Assembly (NCBI GenBank): GCA_963735805.1
Contig: CAVTMK010000004.1
Location: 480,001 to 544,000, forward strand
From: an uncultured Verrucomicrobiae bacterium
GTDB lineage: Bacteria; Verrucomicrobiota; Verrucomicrobiia; Chthoniobacterales; UBA10450
Reading direction: 5' to 3'
DNA length: 64,000 nucleotides
Below, piece after piece: positions 54,347-63,177 of the stretch. Each line of letters opens with the position of its first letter. The first letter of the stretch is position 1. The notes beneath the pieces were generated by a model that was given only the letters and a program-made list of their open reading frames with translations, was not told the DNA's origin and did no database searches. The position numbers were made by a program, and so were the translations under genes.

Positions 54347-56611
54347 ATGGCCGCAAACGGACGTAATATTCAAGACCAAATCCTGGCTCTTTTGAGGCGC
54401 AAAGATTACCGCCCGCTCGATAAGACCGACATCGCGCGCAAGCTTGCCTTAAGGGGCGGTAAGATTGTTGCCTTGCGGAACAGTCTGCGCGAACTCGAAC
54501 GAGCCGGTCAAATCGCGCGCGTCCGAAAAAATCGCTACGTGTTGCCGGCCGAGGCGGACCTTATAACGGGCAAATTGTCCATTCATCAAGCCGGGTACGG
54601 ATTTCTCACCTCGGAAAAACCCGGCGAACCGGACACTTTCATCGCAGCCGAAAACATTGGAATAGCGATGCACGGCGACCGCGTCGTTGCGCGGATATCG
54701 CGGGATGAACCTTACAAGCGCATTAAAGGGCGGCGTGAAGGGCGGGTGATTCGAATTCTGGAACGCGCTCACGATACGATTGTCGGCACTCTTCAACGTT
54801 CGCGGAATTTCTATTATGTGGTTCCGGACGATCCCCGTTTCGTGCACGACGTTTACGTAGGGCTGGTCTCTAAATCGCCGCAGGGCGACCCGGGCGTGGG
54901 CCGCCTGCCTTTGGCAACTTCCAAGGTCACGCCACAGGTTGGCGATAAAGTTGTGGTTCGCCTGGAAGCATGGGAATCGCGTCATGTTAATCCCGAAGGT
55001 GAAATCATCGAAGTGCTCGGTCCGGCTTCGGCTCCAGGCATCGACGTGCTGTCGATCATTCGTAAATATCATCTGCCAACGGAATTTCCGAGAGATGTTC
55101 TGGACCAGGTCCGGGGAATTCCTGAGACCATTGATGCCCGGCAAATCGAAGGACGCAAAGATTTGCGCGGGGAATTTATCGTCACCATCGATCCCGATGA
55201 CGCGCGCGATTTCGACGATGCAATTCACGTTGAAAAGACCGCGAGTGGTTGGCGCCTCGGGGTGCATATCGCTGATGTCGCCGCTTACGTGGAACCAGGC
55301 AGCGCATTGGATCGAGAAGCGCGCCGCCGCGGAAATAGCGTTTATCTACCGGACCGCGTCATACCGATGTTGCCGGAGCGACTAAGCAACGGGGTTTGCA
55401 GTCTCAATCCCGGAGTCGATCGGCTCACGCATTCAGTATTTCTTGATTTCGACAAGAATGGAGCGGTGAAAAGCGCTCGTTTTGCGCGCAGTGTGATTCG
55501 AAGTGCGCATCGGTTCACATACAAACAGGCTTACGCGATCTTGACCGCGCCAGCCCACGATCAGTTGAGCGAACGACTGCATCTTGCCTGGGAACTCGCT
55601 GCTTTGTTGCGGCGGAAGCGATTTGAGCACGGCTCGCTGGACCTCGACTTTCCAGAGGTAAAAGTCTGGGTCGATAACGAGGGGCGTCCCGTAAAATTGG
55701 AACGCGTCGAGAACGATGAGTCGCACCAGTTGATCGAAGAATTCATGCTGGCCGCAAACGAGGCCGTTGGGCGTGAATTGAAAAAGCGCGCGGTTCCGAC
55801 CGTCTATCGCATCCATGAAAATCCAGACCCGGAAAAACTGGCGGAGTATCGCGATTTCGTTCTCAGCTTTAATTACAGGGTCGGGGATCTGACTCATCGC
55901 GGTGAGCTGCAGCGATTACTCGCTTCATTTCGTGGAAAACCGGAAGAGCAAGCCCTTAAGGTTGCCTTGCTTAAAAGTTTGAAACGCGCCCGTTACTCTC
56001 CCCAACCGCTCGGGCATTACGGGTTGGCCAAGGCAAATTACTTGCATTTCACCAGCCCCATTCGGCGCTATGCCGATTTGGTTGTGCATCGCGCCCTTGG
56101 TAGGGACGCCTCGCTGCGGCCTCCGGTCGGCGCAGCGCGCCGACCCTACCACCCCGACATGGCCGAAATCGGGTCCATCGCCGAGCACATTTCTGCCACG
56201 GAACGGACCGCAGCCGATGCGGAAGGTGATGCGACGCTGATGAAGAAGCTCGAGTTCTTTCAACGACAGCTCGACACCCGCAATCCCCAGATTTTTCGCG
56301 CTACTATTATCGATGTGCGCAACTATGGATTGATGGTGGAATTGCCCGAAGCTCTCGTGACCGGTTTGGTTCACGTCTCTTCGTTGGTGGACGATTTTTA
56401 TCTGTTTGACCAGGCTCGACGGCAGCTCATCGGGAGACGGTCGCGCAAACGCTTTAGCGTCGGTGACGAATTGTCTGTGTCTGTTGTCCGCGTTGATGCC
56501 TTCAAACGACAGGTGGATTTCGCGATTACACTCGCGTCCGGAACAGCAGGAAAAGCTCGCCGTAATAAAGGAAGATCCAGGGTCATTCAGGGCGCGCGTG
56601 CCCCGGACTAA
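54347..56611 (+). CDS. rnr: Ribonuclease R
   Basis: HTH plus cold-shock domains, TIDPDDARDFDDA, HIADV, LIEEFMLAANE, HFTSPIRRYADL, S1 domain. Confidence 0.95.
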   Translation: MAANGRNIQDQILALLRRKDYRPLDKTDIARKLALRGGKIVALRNSLRELERAGQIARVRKNRYVLPAEADLITGKLSIHQAGYGFLTSEKPGEPDTFIAAENIGIAMHGDRVVARISRDEPYKRIKGRREGRVIRILERAHDTIVGTLQRSRNFYYVVPDDPRFVHDVYVGLVSKSPQGDPGVGRLPLATSKVTPQVGDKVVVRLEAWESRHVNPEGEIIEVLGPASAPGIDVLSIIRKYHLPTEFPRDVLDQVRGIPETIDARQIEGRKDLRGEFIVTIDPDDARDFDDAIHVEKTASGWRLGVHIADVAAYVEPGSALDREARRRGNSVYLPDRVIPMLPERLSNGVCSLNPGVDRLTHSVFLDFDKNGAVKSARFARSVIRSAHRFTYKQAYAILTAPAHDQLSERLHLAWELAALLRRKRFEHGSLDLDFPEVKVWVDNEGRPVKLERVENDESHQLIEEFMLAANEAVGRELKKRAVPTVYRIHENPDPEKLAEYRDFVLSFNYRVGDLTHRGELQRLLASFRGKPEEQALKVALLKSLKRARYSPQPLGHYGLAKANYLHFTSPIRRYADLVVHRALGRDASLRPPVGAARRPYHPDMAEIGSIAEHISATERTAADAEGDATLMKKLEFFQRQLDTRNPQIFRATIIDVRNYGLMVELPEALVTGLVHVSSLVDDFYLFDQARRQLIGRRSRKRFSVGDELSVSVVRVDAFKRQVDFAITLASGTAGKARRNKGRSRVIQGARAPD
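56099..56150. repeat. Intact GTAG-family REP doublet inside rnr
   Basis: ggtaggg-acgcctcgctgcggcctcc-ggtcggcgc-agc-gcgccgacc-ctacc; terminal inverted repeat ggtaggg/ccctacc. Confidence 0.75.
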
Positions 56612-56620
56612 CTTTCTCGG

Positions 56621-56851
56621 ATGTCGCACACAGACTGAGCAGACAGCCGGCAAACCGCCTGGCCAGTGGTATGTGGAGACCAGTTCTGCCTTGTCTCGTC
56701 TCCGTCGCGAAGAAGCGCCGAATCGTTTGACTTATGATCACGATGAGACTGCCGTTCATTTTCTCAGTCAGCCCGAAACACCGGAAGAAACGGCCATTGC
56801 GCAGCGAGCCATGGACGTTTGTCCAACACTCGCGATAGGAACGATGGATGA
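56621..56851 (+). pseudogene. Ferredoxin pseudogene
   Basis: 'PGQWYVETSSALSRLRREEAPN...QPETPEE...AMDVCPTLAIG': the CxxCxxC motif reads SxxSxxR. Frameshifts at both ends. Confidence 0.75.
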
Positions 56852-56857
56852 GATTTG

Positions 56858-56881
56858 CGATGGTCGGAGATCGCCGCTACA
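56858..56881 (-). repeat. Single degenerate GTAG-family REP
   Basis: cgatggtcggagatcgccgctaca; minus strand reads TGTAGCGGCGATCTCCGACC... Confidence 0.45.
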
Positions 56882-56889
56882 AAATTGTT

Positions 56890-58047
56890 ATGCATGCTGA
56901 AGCTTCCGTTGCCGCCCACCCATATTCGCGGACAAACCCGTTTCCCGCTAAACTTCTGGTCAATCGCCGCTTGAGCGGCCCGGATTCGGCAAAGGACACA
57001 CGCCATTTTGAACTCGACCTGGCCGGTTGGGGATTGAGTTTTGAGGTTGGCGATTCACTTGCGGTATACGCGACAAACGATCCACAACTGGTGGATGAAA
57101 TCATTCACACGCTTGGGGCCACCGGCGAGGAAGAGGTCCCTCGACCGAAGGGAACACCAACGACCCTGCGCGAAGCGCTGTTGCGCAACTACAGCATTAC
57201 TCAGCCGACGCCCAAGTTCTTGAAGGCGATCGCCGAACGCGCTAGTGCTGCGCCAACGCTGCACTCCCTCCTTGCTCCAGACCGTAAACAAGACCTGCAG
57301 ACATACCTCTGGGGAATGGAAGTCGTCGATTTTCTTGTCGAGCATCCCTCAGCTCACTTCAAACCGGAGGAGTTTGTCGGTTTACTCTCAAAACTGCAGC
57401 CGCGGCTTTATTCCGTGGCCTCGAGTTTAAAGGCCTATCCGGAACAGGTACACTTTATCGTGGATGTTGTCCGCTATGAAAGCCACGGGCGGCTACGCAA
57501 GGGAGTTTGCTCATCTTTTCTTGCAGATCGCGCCGATGGCGTGCCGGTGCCGGTCTTTCCCAGCATCGCGAAGCATTTTCATTTGCCGGAGGACTCGGAC
57601 GCTCCAATCATCATGGTCGGTCCCGGGACCGGAGTAGCGCCGTTCCGAGCATATTTGCAAGAACGCAAGGCGATCGGAGCAAAGGGAAAAAACTGGCTCT
57701 TTTTCGGGTCGCAGCATCAGAGATGCGATTTTGCCTACGGCGAGGAATTCGAGGCTTTCAAGAAAGAGGGGCTCCTCGGACGGCTCGATTGTGCCTGGTC
57801 GCGTGATCAAGCGAAGAAGATTTATGTTCAGCACCTGATGGGAGAGAACGCTGCAGAGATTTGGCAATGGATCGACGCGGAAGGTGCGCACTTTTTCGTC
57901 TGCGGTGACGCGAAACGAATGGCCAAGGATGTGGATGCGATGTTGCGCAGAATTGTACAGGAGCAAGGCGGTAAGAGTGTCGATCAAGCCAATGAATACG
58001 TTGAGAAGCTCAAGAACGAAAAGCGTTACAAGCGCGATGTGTATTAA
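56890..58047 (+). CDS. CysJ/cytochrome-P450-reductase-like FAD/NADPH-binding protein lacking the flavodoxin domain
   Basis: YSRTNPF, RLYSVASS, GVCS, MVGPGTGVAPFR, WLFFG, SRDQ..K.YVQ, VCGDA, RYKRDVY. Confidence 0.88.
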   Translation: MHAEASVAAHPYSRTNPFPAKLLVNRRLSGPDSAKDTRHFELDLAGWGLSFEVGDSLAVYATNDPQLVDEIIHTLGATGEEEVPRPKGTPTTLREALLRNYSITQPTPKFLKAIAERASAAPTLHSLLAPDRKQDLQTYLWGMEVVDFLVEHPSAHFKPEEFVGLLSKLQPRLYSVASSLKAYPEQVHFIVDVVRYESHGRLRKGVCSSFLADRADGVPVPVFPSIAKHFHLPEDSDAPIIMVGPGTGVAPFRAYLQERKAIGAKGKNWLFFGSQHQRCDFAYGEEFEAFKKEGLLGRLDCAWSRDQAKKIYVQHLMGENAAEIWQWIDAEGAHFFVCGDAKRMAKDVDAMLRRIVQEQGGKSVDQANEYVEKLKNEKRYKRDVY

Positions 58048-58053
58048 CCTAAT

Positions 58054-58113
58054 TCGTCAAATCGTTACATCGAACAGGCGCTTTAGCGATTCAACGTTTC
58101 ACCGGTTTAACGT
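58054..58113. repeat. Head-to-head octamer tandem arrays
   Basis: tcgtcaaa-tcgttaca-tcgaacag ... tttagcga-ttcaacgt-ttcaccgg-tttaacgt. Confidence 0.55.
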
Positions 58114-58172
58114 GGCGCGGCCATTCGTGATTTTCACCTTCTGTGGCATAGTAACTCGCAAAGGGTAAATGC

Positions 58173-58727
58173 ATGTACGAGAACACTGAATTCACGTTGA
58201 GCCGCGATTGCGAGGCGATCCAGATTCCGAGCGGTCAAAAGACGACGATCCCGGCGGGAACACAAGGTGTGATTACGCAAAGCCTGGGTGGCAGCTATAC
58301 CATTGCGACGTACCAGGGGTTGGCGCGCATCGCAGAGAACGACCTCGATGCTCTGGGTCTTGAAAAGCCCCAGGCGCAACCGACTCAAAAAACAGCCCGC
58401 TCAACAAACGGTGAGGTTTCAGACGAAGATGTGTGGAACCAGCTTCGCCAATGCTACGATCCGGAAATTCCGGTCAACATTGTTGATCTTGGTTTGGTTT
58501 ACGATTGCCGTTTGATTAAAAAGGATGACGGCGGCACGCGCGTTGAGGTGAAAATGACCCTCACTGCACCGGGTTGCGGCATGGGACCCGCAATCGCACA
58601 TGATGCGCAAAGCAAAATCTTGAGCATAGACGGCGTGGATGAAGCAGATGTCCAGCTTGTCTGGGATCCGCCCTGGAATCAGAACATGATCAGCGAAGCC
58701 GGCCGGATGAAGCTAGGGATGATCTGA
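58173..58727 (+). CDS. sufT: Fe-S cluster assembly protein SufT (long form, DUF59)
   Basis: 'RDCEAIQIPSG', 'ITQSLGGSYT', YDPEIPVNIVDLGL, MTLTAPGCGMG, WDPPW. Confidence 0.9.
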   Translation: MYENTEFTLSRDCEAIQIPSGQKTTIPAGTQGVITQSLGGSYTIATYQGLARIAENDLDALGLEKPQAQPTQKTARSTNGEVSDEDVWNQLRQCYDPEIPVNIVDLGLVYDCRLIKKDDGGTRVEVKMTLTAPGCGMGPAIAHDAQSKILSIDGVDEADVQLVWDPPWNQNMISEAGRMKLGMI

Positions 58728-58741
58728 AGTTGTAATCTTCC

Positions 58742-58830
58742 TGTCATTCTGAGCGCAACGATGAATCTCTGATCATCTAGCCGGGCGGGCGCAAGAACAG
58801 CCAGAGATGTTTCGCTTCGCTAACATAAGA
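58742..58830. repeat. TGTCATYCYGAGCG-type palindromic element, copy D
   Basis: tgtcattctgagcgcaacgatgaatctct ... agagatgtttcgcttcgctaacataaga. Confidence 0.6.
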
Positions 58831-58873
58831 GAAGAATTTGTTACGAAATTTTTGAGTTTTTTTCATTCTCCCG

Positions 58874-58901
58874 TTGACAGCACTGGACTTGATTCTAAGA
58901 T
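58874..58901 (+). promoter_or_regulatory. Candidate sigma70 promoter for rplI-dnaB
   Basis: TTGACA, 16-nt spacer, TAAGAT, with a T-rich upstream region. Confidence 0.5.
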
Positions 58902-58961
58902 CGACATTCGCCAAGCCCCTCGGAGTTGAAAAATTTCTGAGCGCATTTATTAAAAATCGAT

Positions 58962-59531
58962 ATGCCGTTGACTGAACTCATTTTAACCGAAAACGTCCCG
59001 GGCTTGGGGGCCGAAGCGGATGTCGTCAAAGTCCGCCGCGGTTACGCCCGCAACTATTTGCTGCCGCGCGGAAAAGCATTTGAGGTCACACCGGGTGCGT
59101 TGCGACATATCGACGCCCTGAAGCAGAAACGCGCCGAGCGTGAAGCGCGCGAGTTGAATGATGCTGAGGAAGTGGCGCGTCGAATCAATAAGGCGCGGTT
59201 CGTCTTCACACTGGAGACAGGCGAAACCGGAAAAGCATTTGGATCGGTTACCGCACAGGACATCGTGAATCGCCTCAAAAATGAACTCGGCACGGAGATT
59301 GATCGGCACAAAATTGTTCTCGAGCGTCCGATCAAAGACACCGGCGAACACGAAGTCGCGATCAAATTGCATCACGATGTAATTGCGCAGCTTGTTTTTC
59401 AGGTGAAATCCGCAGAGGAATCCCGCGACCGCGGGACCGAGGCCGAGAACGCTGCAACGGACGAATCTGAAAAGAAATCGAAACCTCGATTTTTCCGAAG
59501 AAAGAAAGAAGAGAAAAAAGAAACGGAATAA
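58962..59531 (+). CDS. rplI: 50S ribosomal protein L9
   Basis: LGAEADVVKVRRGYARNYLLP, FGSVT, PIKDTG; charged C-terminal tail. Confidence 0.96.
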   Translation: MPLTELILTENVPGLGAEADVVKVRRGYARNYLLPRGKAFEVTPGALRHIDALKQKRAEREARELNDAEEVARRINKARFVFTLETGETGKAFGSVTAQDIVNRLKNELGTEIDRHKIVLERPIKDTGEHEVAIKLHHDVIAQLVFQVKSAEESRDRGTEAENAATDESEKKSKPRFFRRKKEEKKETE

Positions 59532-61022
59532 ATGGCGACTCAATCGTCCGCTTGGACAGGAGAGAAGCCTCGCAAAGCGGGAAATGGCGCTGGCCGGGGT
59601 TCGGCGGCGAGAAGTCGCGAAAAGGTTGTTCCCATTTCGCCCACAGGTTCTGCGCAGGATATTCACCGCGCTCCGCCGCATAGCGTGGAGGCGGAACAAG
59701 GCGTCCTAGGCTCAATGCTGCTCTCGCCGCGCGAAGCCATCGGCGAGTGTGTTGAGAAAATCAACGAGCAATACTTCTATGTGCCCGCTCATCAGACGAT
59801 TTACAATGTCCTCGTCGACCTTTGGAATGCCGGTCAGGCGATTGACCTGATCACTTTCACGCAGGTCTTGCGCGACCGAAACCTTCTCGAAAGCGTGGGT
59901 GGCGCGGCGTTTGTCACCAGCTTGTTTACGTTTGTTCCCACAGCCGCTAATCTCGAGTACTACCTGGAGATCGTTCGCGAGAAATACATTTTGCGCGAAA
60001 TCATTTCCGCCGCTACCGAGAGCGTCCGACGCGCCTATGAAGAGCAGGACGAAGTAGGCAATCTCCTTGACGAAATAGAACAGCGTATTTTCGCCGTAGG
60101 CGAAGACCGTTTCAAAGGCCAGCTGCTCTCGATGAAAGACCAGGTGATGGAAGCGATCGAGGCGATCGAAAAGCTCTACGAGCGCAAAGGCGGTATCACG
60201 GGCATTTCCAGCGGTTTCGTCGAATTCGATCGGATGACGAGCGGCCTGCATCCCGCGGAAATGATTGTCATCGCGGCGCGGCCGAGCATGGGAAAGACGG
60301 CCCTTGCCATGAACATCGCCGAACACGTCGCGATCAATGAGAAGCTTCCAGTGGGCGTTTTCAGCCTGGAAATGAGCAGTCAGCAACTTGTCCAGCGGCT
60401 GCTTTGTTCTCGCGCGCGAGTGAATCTGCAGAAAGTCCGCGATGGGTTTCTCGGCGAGCGCGATTTCCCCAGCTTGACCGCGGCAGCTTCCAAACTGGCG
60501 GAAGCGAAGATTTTCATCGATGACAGCGCAAGTCTAACAATCCTCGAGCTGCGAGCGAAGGCGCGCCGGCTTAAAGCGCAACAGGACGTGCGACTCATCA
60601 TTGTCGATTATTTGCAATTATTGCGCTCGACGTCGCGCCGTGCTCAGGACAATCGCCAGTTGGAAATTTCCGAAATTTCCGCGGGACTCAAAGGTTTAGC
60701 CAAGGAATTGAAAATTCCGGTCATCGTAGTGGCGCAGTTGAATCGACAACCGGAACAACGCACTGGCGGCAAGCCGCGCTTGAGCGACCTGCGCGAATCC
60801 GGCTCCATCGAACAGGACGCGGACCTGGTTGGATTGCTTGTCAGGCCGGAGATTTACGAGGAAGATGAGGAAGCCCGCGCGGAAAAGGCAGGTGAAGCTG
60901 AGCTAATCATAGCCAAACAACGCAATGGCCCGGTGGGCGAAATTCCCCTGACATTCCTGAAGGAATTTACGCGCTTTGAAACTCGCGCCCGCAACGTGGA
61001 AGAGCCCGCAGAAGCGTTTTAA
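59532..61022 (+). CDS. dnaB: Replicative DNA helicase
   Basis: PPHSVEAEQ, AARPSMGKT, FSLEM, IVDYLQL, DLRESGSIEQDAD, KQRNGP. No intein. Confidence 0.97.
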   Translation: MATQSSAWTGEKPRKAGNGAGRGSAARSREKVVPISPTGSAQDIHRAPPHSVEAEQGVLGSMLLSPREAIGECVEKINEQYFYVPAHQTIYNVLVDLWNAGQAIDLITFTQVLRDRNLLESVGGAAFVTSLFTFVPTAANLEYYLEIVREKYILREIISAATESVRRAYEEQDEVGNLLDEIEQRIFAVGEDRFKGQLLSMKDQVMEAIEAIEKLYERKGGITGISSGFVEFDRMTSGLHPAEMIVIAARPSMGKTALAMNIAEHVAINEKLPVGVFSLEMSSQQLVQRLLCSRARVNLQKVRDGFLGERDFPSLTAAASKLAEAKIFIDDSASLTILELRAKARRLKAQQDVRLIIVDYLQLLRSTSRRAQDNRQLEISEISAGLKGLAKELKIPVIVVAQLNRQPEQRTGGKPRLSDLRESGSIEQDADLVGLLVRPEIYEEDEEARAEKAGEAELIIAKQRNGPVGEIPLTFLKEFTRFETRARNVEEPAEAF

Positions 61023-61037
61023 ACGCGACCCGTTGGA

Positions 61038-63032
61038 TCAACGCTGCAACAGCGCCTTCGCGGCATCAATCACGTGCTGTGCGTCGATCCCGAGCTCTTT
61101 CATCACTTCGGGACCGGGCGCGCTCAGGCCGAATCGATGGAGCCCGACCACCTTGCCATCGAGGCCGACATATTGATACCAAATCTCGGTCACGCCCGCT
61201 TCGATTGCGACCCGTTTCCGGCATTCGTCAGGCAAAACTTCTTCGCGGTATTCTTGCGGCTGACGATTGAACCGTTCGAAACACGGCAGGGAAACCACCC
61301 GCGCGCCGTCGCCTAACTGTTGCGCCGCCGCAAGCGCGTGCTGCAATTCGCTCCCACACGACATGATGATCAGGTCGAGTTTCCCTTTCTCCTTTCTGGC
61401 AATGTAACCCCCGCGCAACACTCCTTCGCGACGTAATTTCACCTCGATATCGTTCAACATCGGAACTGTCTGCCGTGTCAGGGCCAGAAAGGTGGGCCCA
61501 TCGATTCGCTGCATCGCCGCCACAAACGCACCCGCGGTTTCTTCGGGATCTGCCGGACGAATCACGTCGATGTTGGGTATCAGCCGCACAGAGCTCACCG
61601 TCTCCACTGGTTCATGCGTAGGGCCATCTTCACCGACGCCGATCGAGTCATGGGTGAAAATGTATGTATTGGGAAGTTTCGCCAGCGCGCTGAGCCGAAT
61701 GGAAGCGCGGCAGTAATCGGTAAATACCGCGAAGGTCGCGCCCGATGCTCGGAACAGTCCGTGATATGAAATGCCGTTTAGAATCGCGCACATCCCATGT
61801 TCGCGAATGCCGAACCGGATGTTGCGCCCACCGGGGTTATCGCGATTGAAATCGCCGCCGTCCTTGATGTAATTCATTGTCGATCCGTACAGATCGGCGC
61901 TGCCGCTCATAAGTAATGGCATCGCCTGCGCGATCGGCTGCAACACTTCGCCGCCGGCTTTTCGTGTCGCCAGCTTCGCATCCCTGGGAAAGTCAGGGAT
62001 CGTCGAGAAAAGATCGGCGGGAACTTTCCGTTCCAATCCATCATCGAGCATCTTCGCTTTGTCAGGATTTTTCTTGCGCCACGCGTTGTAGGTTTCCTCC
62101 CACTTCCCGTAATCGGCGAGCAGTTTCTTTTTGTGTTCGGCGAAATAGTCGTACACCTCTTGCGAGACGAAATAATGTTCCGCTGGCAAGCCAAGGGCTT
62201 TGCGCGCCGCATCAACGTATTTTGCTCCGGCTTCTCCATGCGCCTTGTATGTGCCTGCTACTTCCGGGATCCCTTTGCCGATAAGCGTGTGCGCGATGAT
62301 GAATTGCGGCTTTCCGTTGTCGCGCCTTTTCGCCACGTTCAGCGCGTCGAGAAATTGTTGCATGTCGTGGCCATCGATTTCCTGGACATCGAAGCCGTAC
62401 GCCTCCATGCGTTTGCCGGTGTCTTCGCTCTGCGTTTCCTTCGCCGGGGCGTCGAGCGTGACGGCGTTTGAGTCGTAGATGTAGATCAAATTATCAAGGC
62501 CCCAAAAACCGGCCAGCGCGCACGCTTCGGAGGCGACGCCTTCCTGCATGTCCCCGTCGCCGCACAAACAGATCACATGCTGATCGAAAATCTTGTGATC
62601 ATCAGTGTTGAAACGCGCCGCCGCCATTTTTGTCGCCACGGAAATGCCAACCGAGTTGCCGATCCCCTGACCGAGCGGGCCCGTTGTGCATTCCACGCCG
62701 GGCGTTTCGCCGAATTCAGGGTGCCCGGGCGTCTTGGAATGTAATTGCCTGAATCGTTTGATTTCAGACATCGGCAAATCGTAGCCGCTCATGTGCAGCC
62801 ACGCGTACAAGAACATGCTGCCGTGACCAGCCGAGAGAACGAAGACATCGCGATTGATCCAGCGCGGTTTGTCCGGATTATATCTTAACGCATAACCAAA
62901 GAGCACAGCGCCCATCTCGGCGCAGCCAAGTGGAAGTCCAAGGTGACCAGATTGCGAAGCCTGGACAGCATCCATGCACAAACCACGTGCCTGGTCCGCT
63001 GCTTCCGAGAGAATTTTGATATTTAGGCTCAT
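61038..63032 (-). CDS. tkt: Transketolase
   Basis: [49 protein letters not shown]. Confidence 0.97.
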   Translation of the reverse strand: MSLNIKILSEAADQARGLCMDAVQASQSGHLGLPLGCAEMGAVLFGYALRYNPDKPRWINRDVFVLSAGHGSMFLYAWLHMSGYDLPMSEIKRFRQLHSKTPGHPEFGETPGVECTTGPLGQGIGNSVGISVATKMAAARFNTDDHKIFDQHVICLCGDGDMQEGVASEACALAGFWGLDNLIYIYDSNAVTLDAPAKETQSEDTGKRMEAYGFDVQEIDGHDMQQFLDALNVAKRRDNGKPQFIIAHTLIGKGIPEVAGTYKAHGEAGAKYVDAARKALGLPAEHYFVSQEVYDYFAEHKKKLLADYGKWEETYNAWRKKNPDKAKMLDDGLERKVPADLFSTIPDFPRDAKLATRKAGGEVLQPIAQAMPLLMSGSADLYGSTMNYIKDGGDFNRDNPGGRNIRFGIREHGMCAILNGISYHGLFRASGATFAVFTDYCRASIRLSALAKLPNTYIFTHDSIGVGEDGPTHEPVETVSSVRLIPNIDVIRPADPEETAGAFVAAMQRIDGPTFLALTRQTVPMLNDIEVKLRREGVLRGGYIARKEKGKLDLIIMSCGSELQHALAAAQQLGDGARVVSLPCFERFNRQPQEYREEVLPDECRKRVAIEAGVTEIWYQYVGLDGKVVGLHRFGLSAPGPEVMKELGIDAQHVIDAAKALLQR

Positions 63033-63044
63033 GGAAAAGAAGAA

Positions 63045-63072
63045 AGATTTTAGATTTCAGTTTAAAGATTAG
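63045..63072 (+). repeat. Heptamer tandem repeat
   Basis: agatttt-agatttc-agtttaa-agattag upstream of tkt. Confidence 0.4.
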
Positions 63073-63177
63073 AGACGCGAATCTCTATATGGCCGAACAT
63101 TTGCGTTCGACAATGTATTTTCCACCACCGAGGTATCGAACGCTAATAAATCCTAAGATCACAAGACGACTTCACCC

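Noticed and set aside
56406..56900. 164-aa ORF as a real gene
   Set aside because: Its first part overlaps rnr out of frame; only the middle corresponds to the ferredoxin relic.
59532..61022. Intein in DnaB, or oriC near dnaB/parB
   Set aside because: DnaB has normal length with contiguous motifs, and I saw no cluster of DnaA boxes in intergenic DNA.
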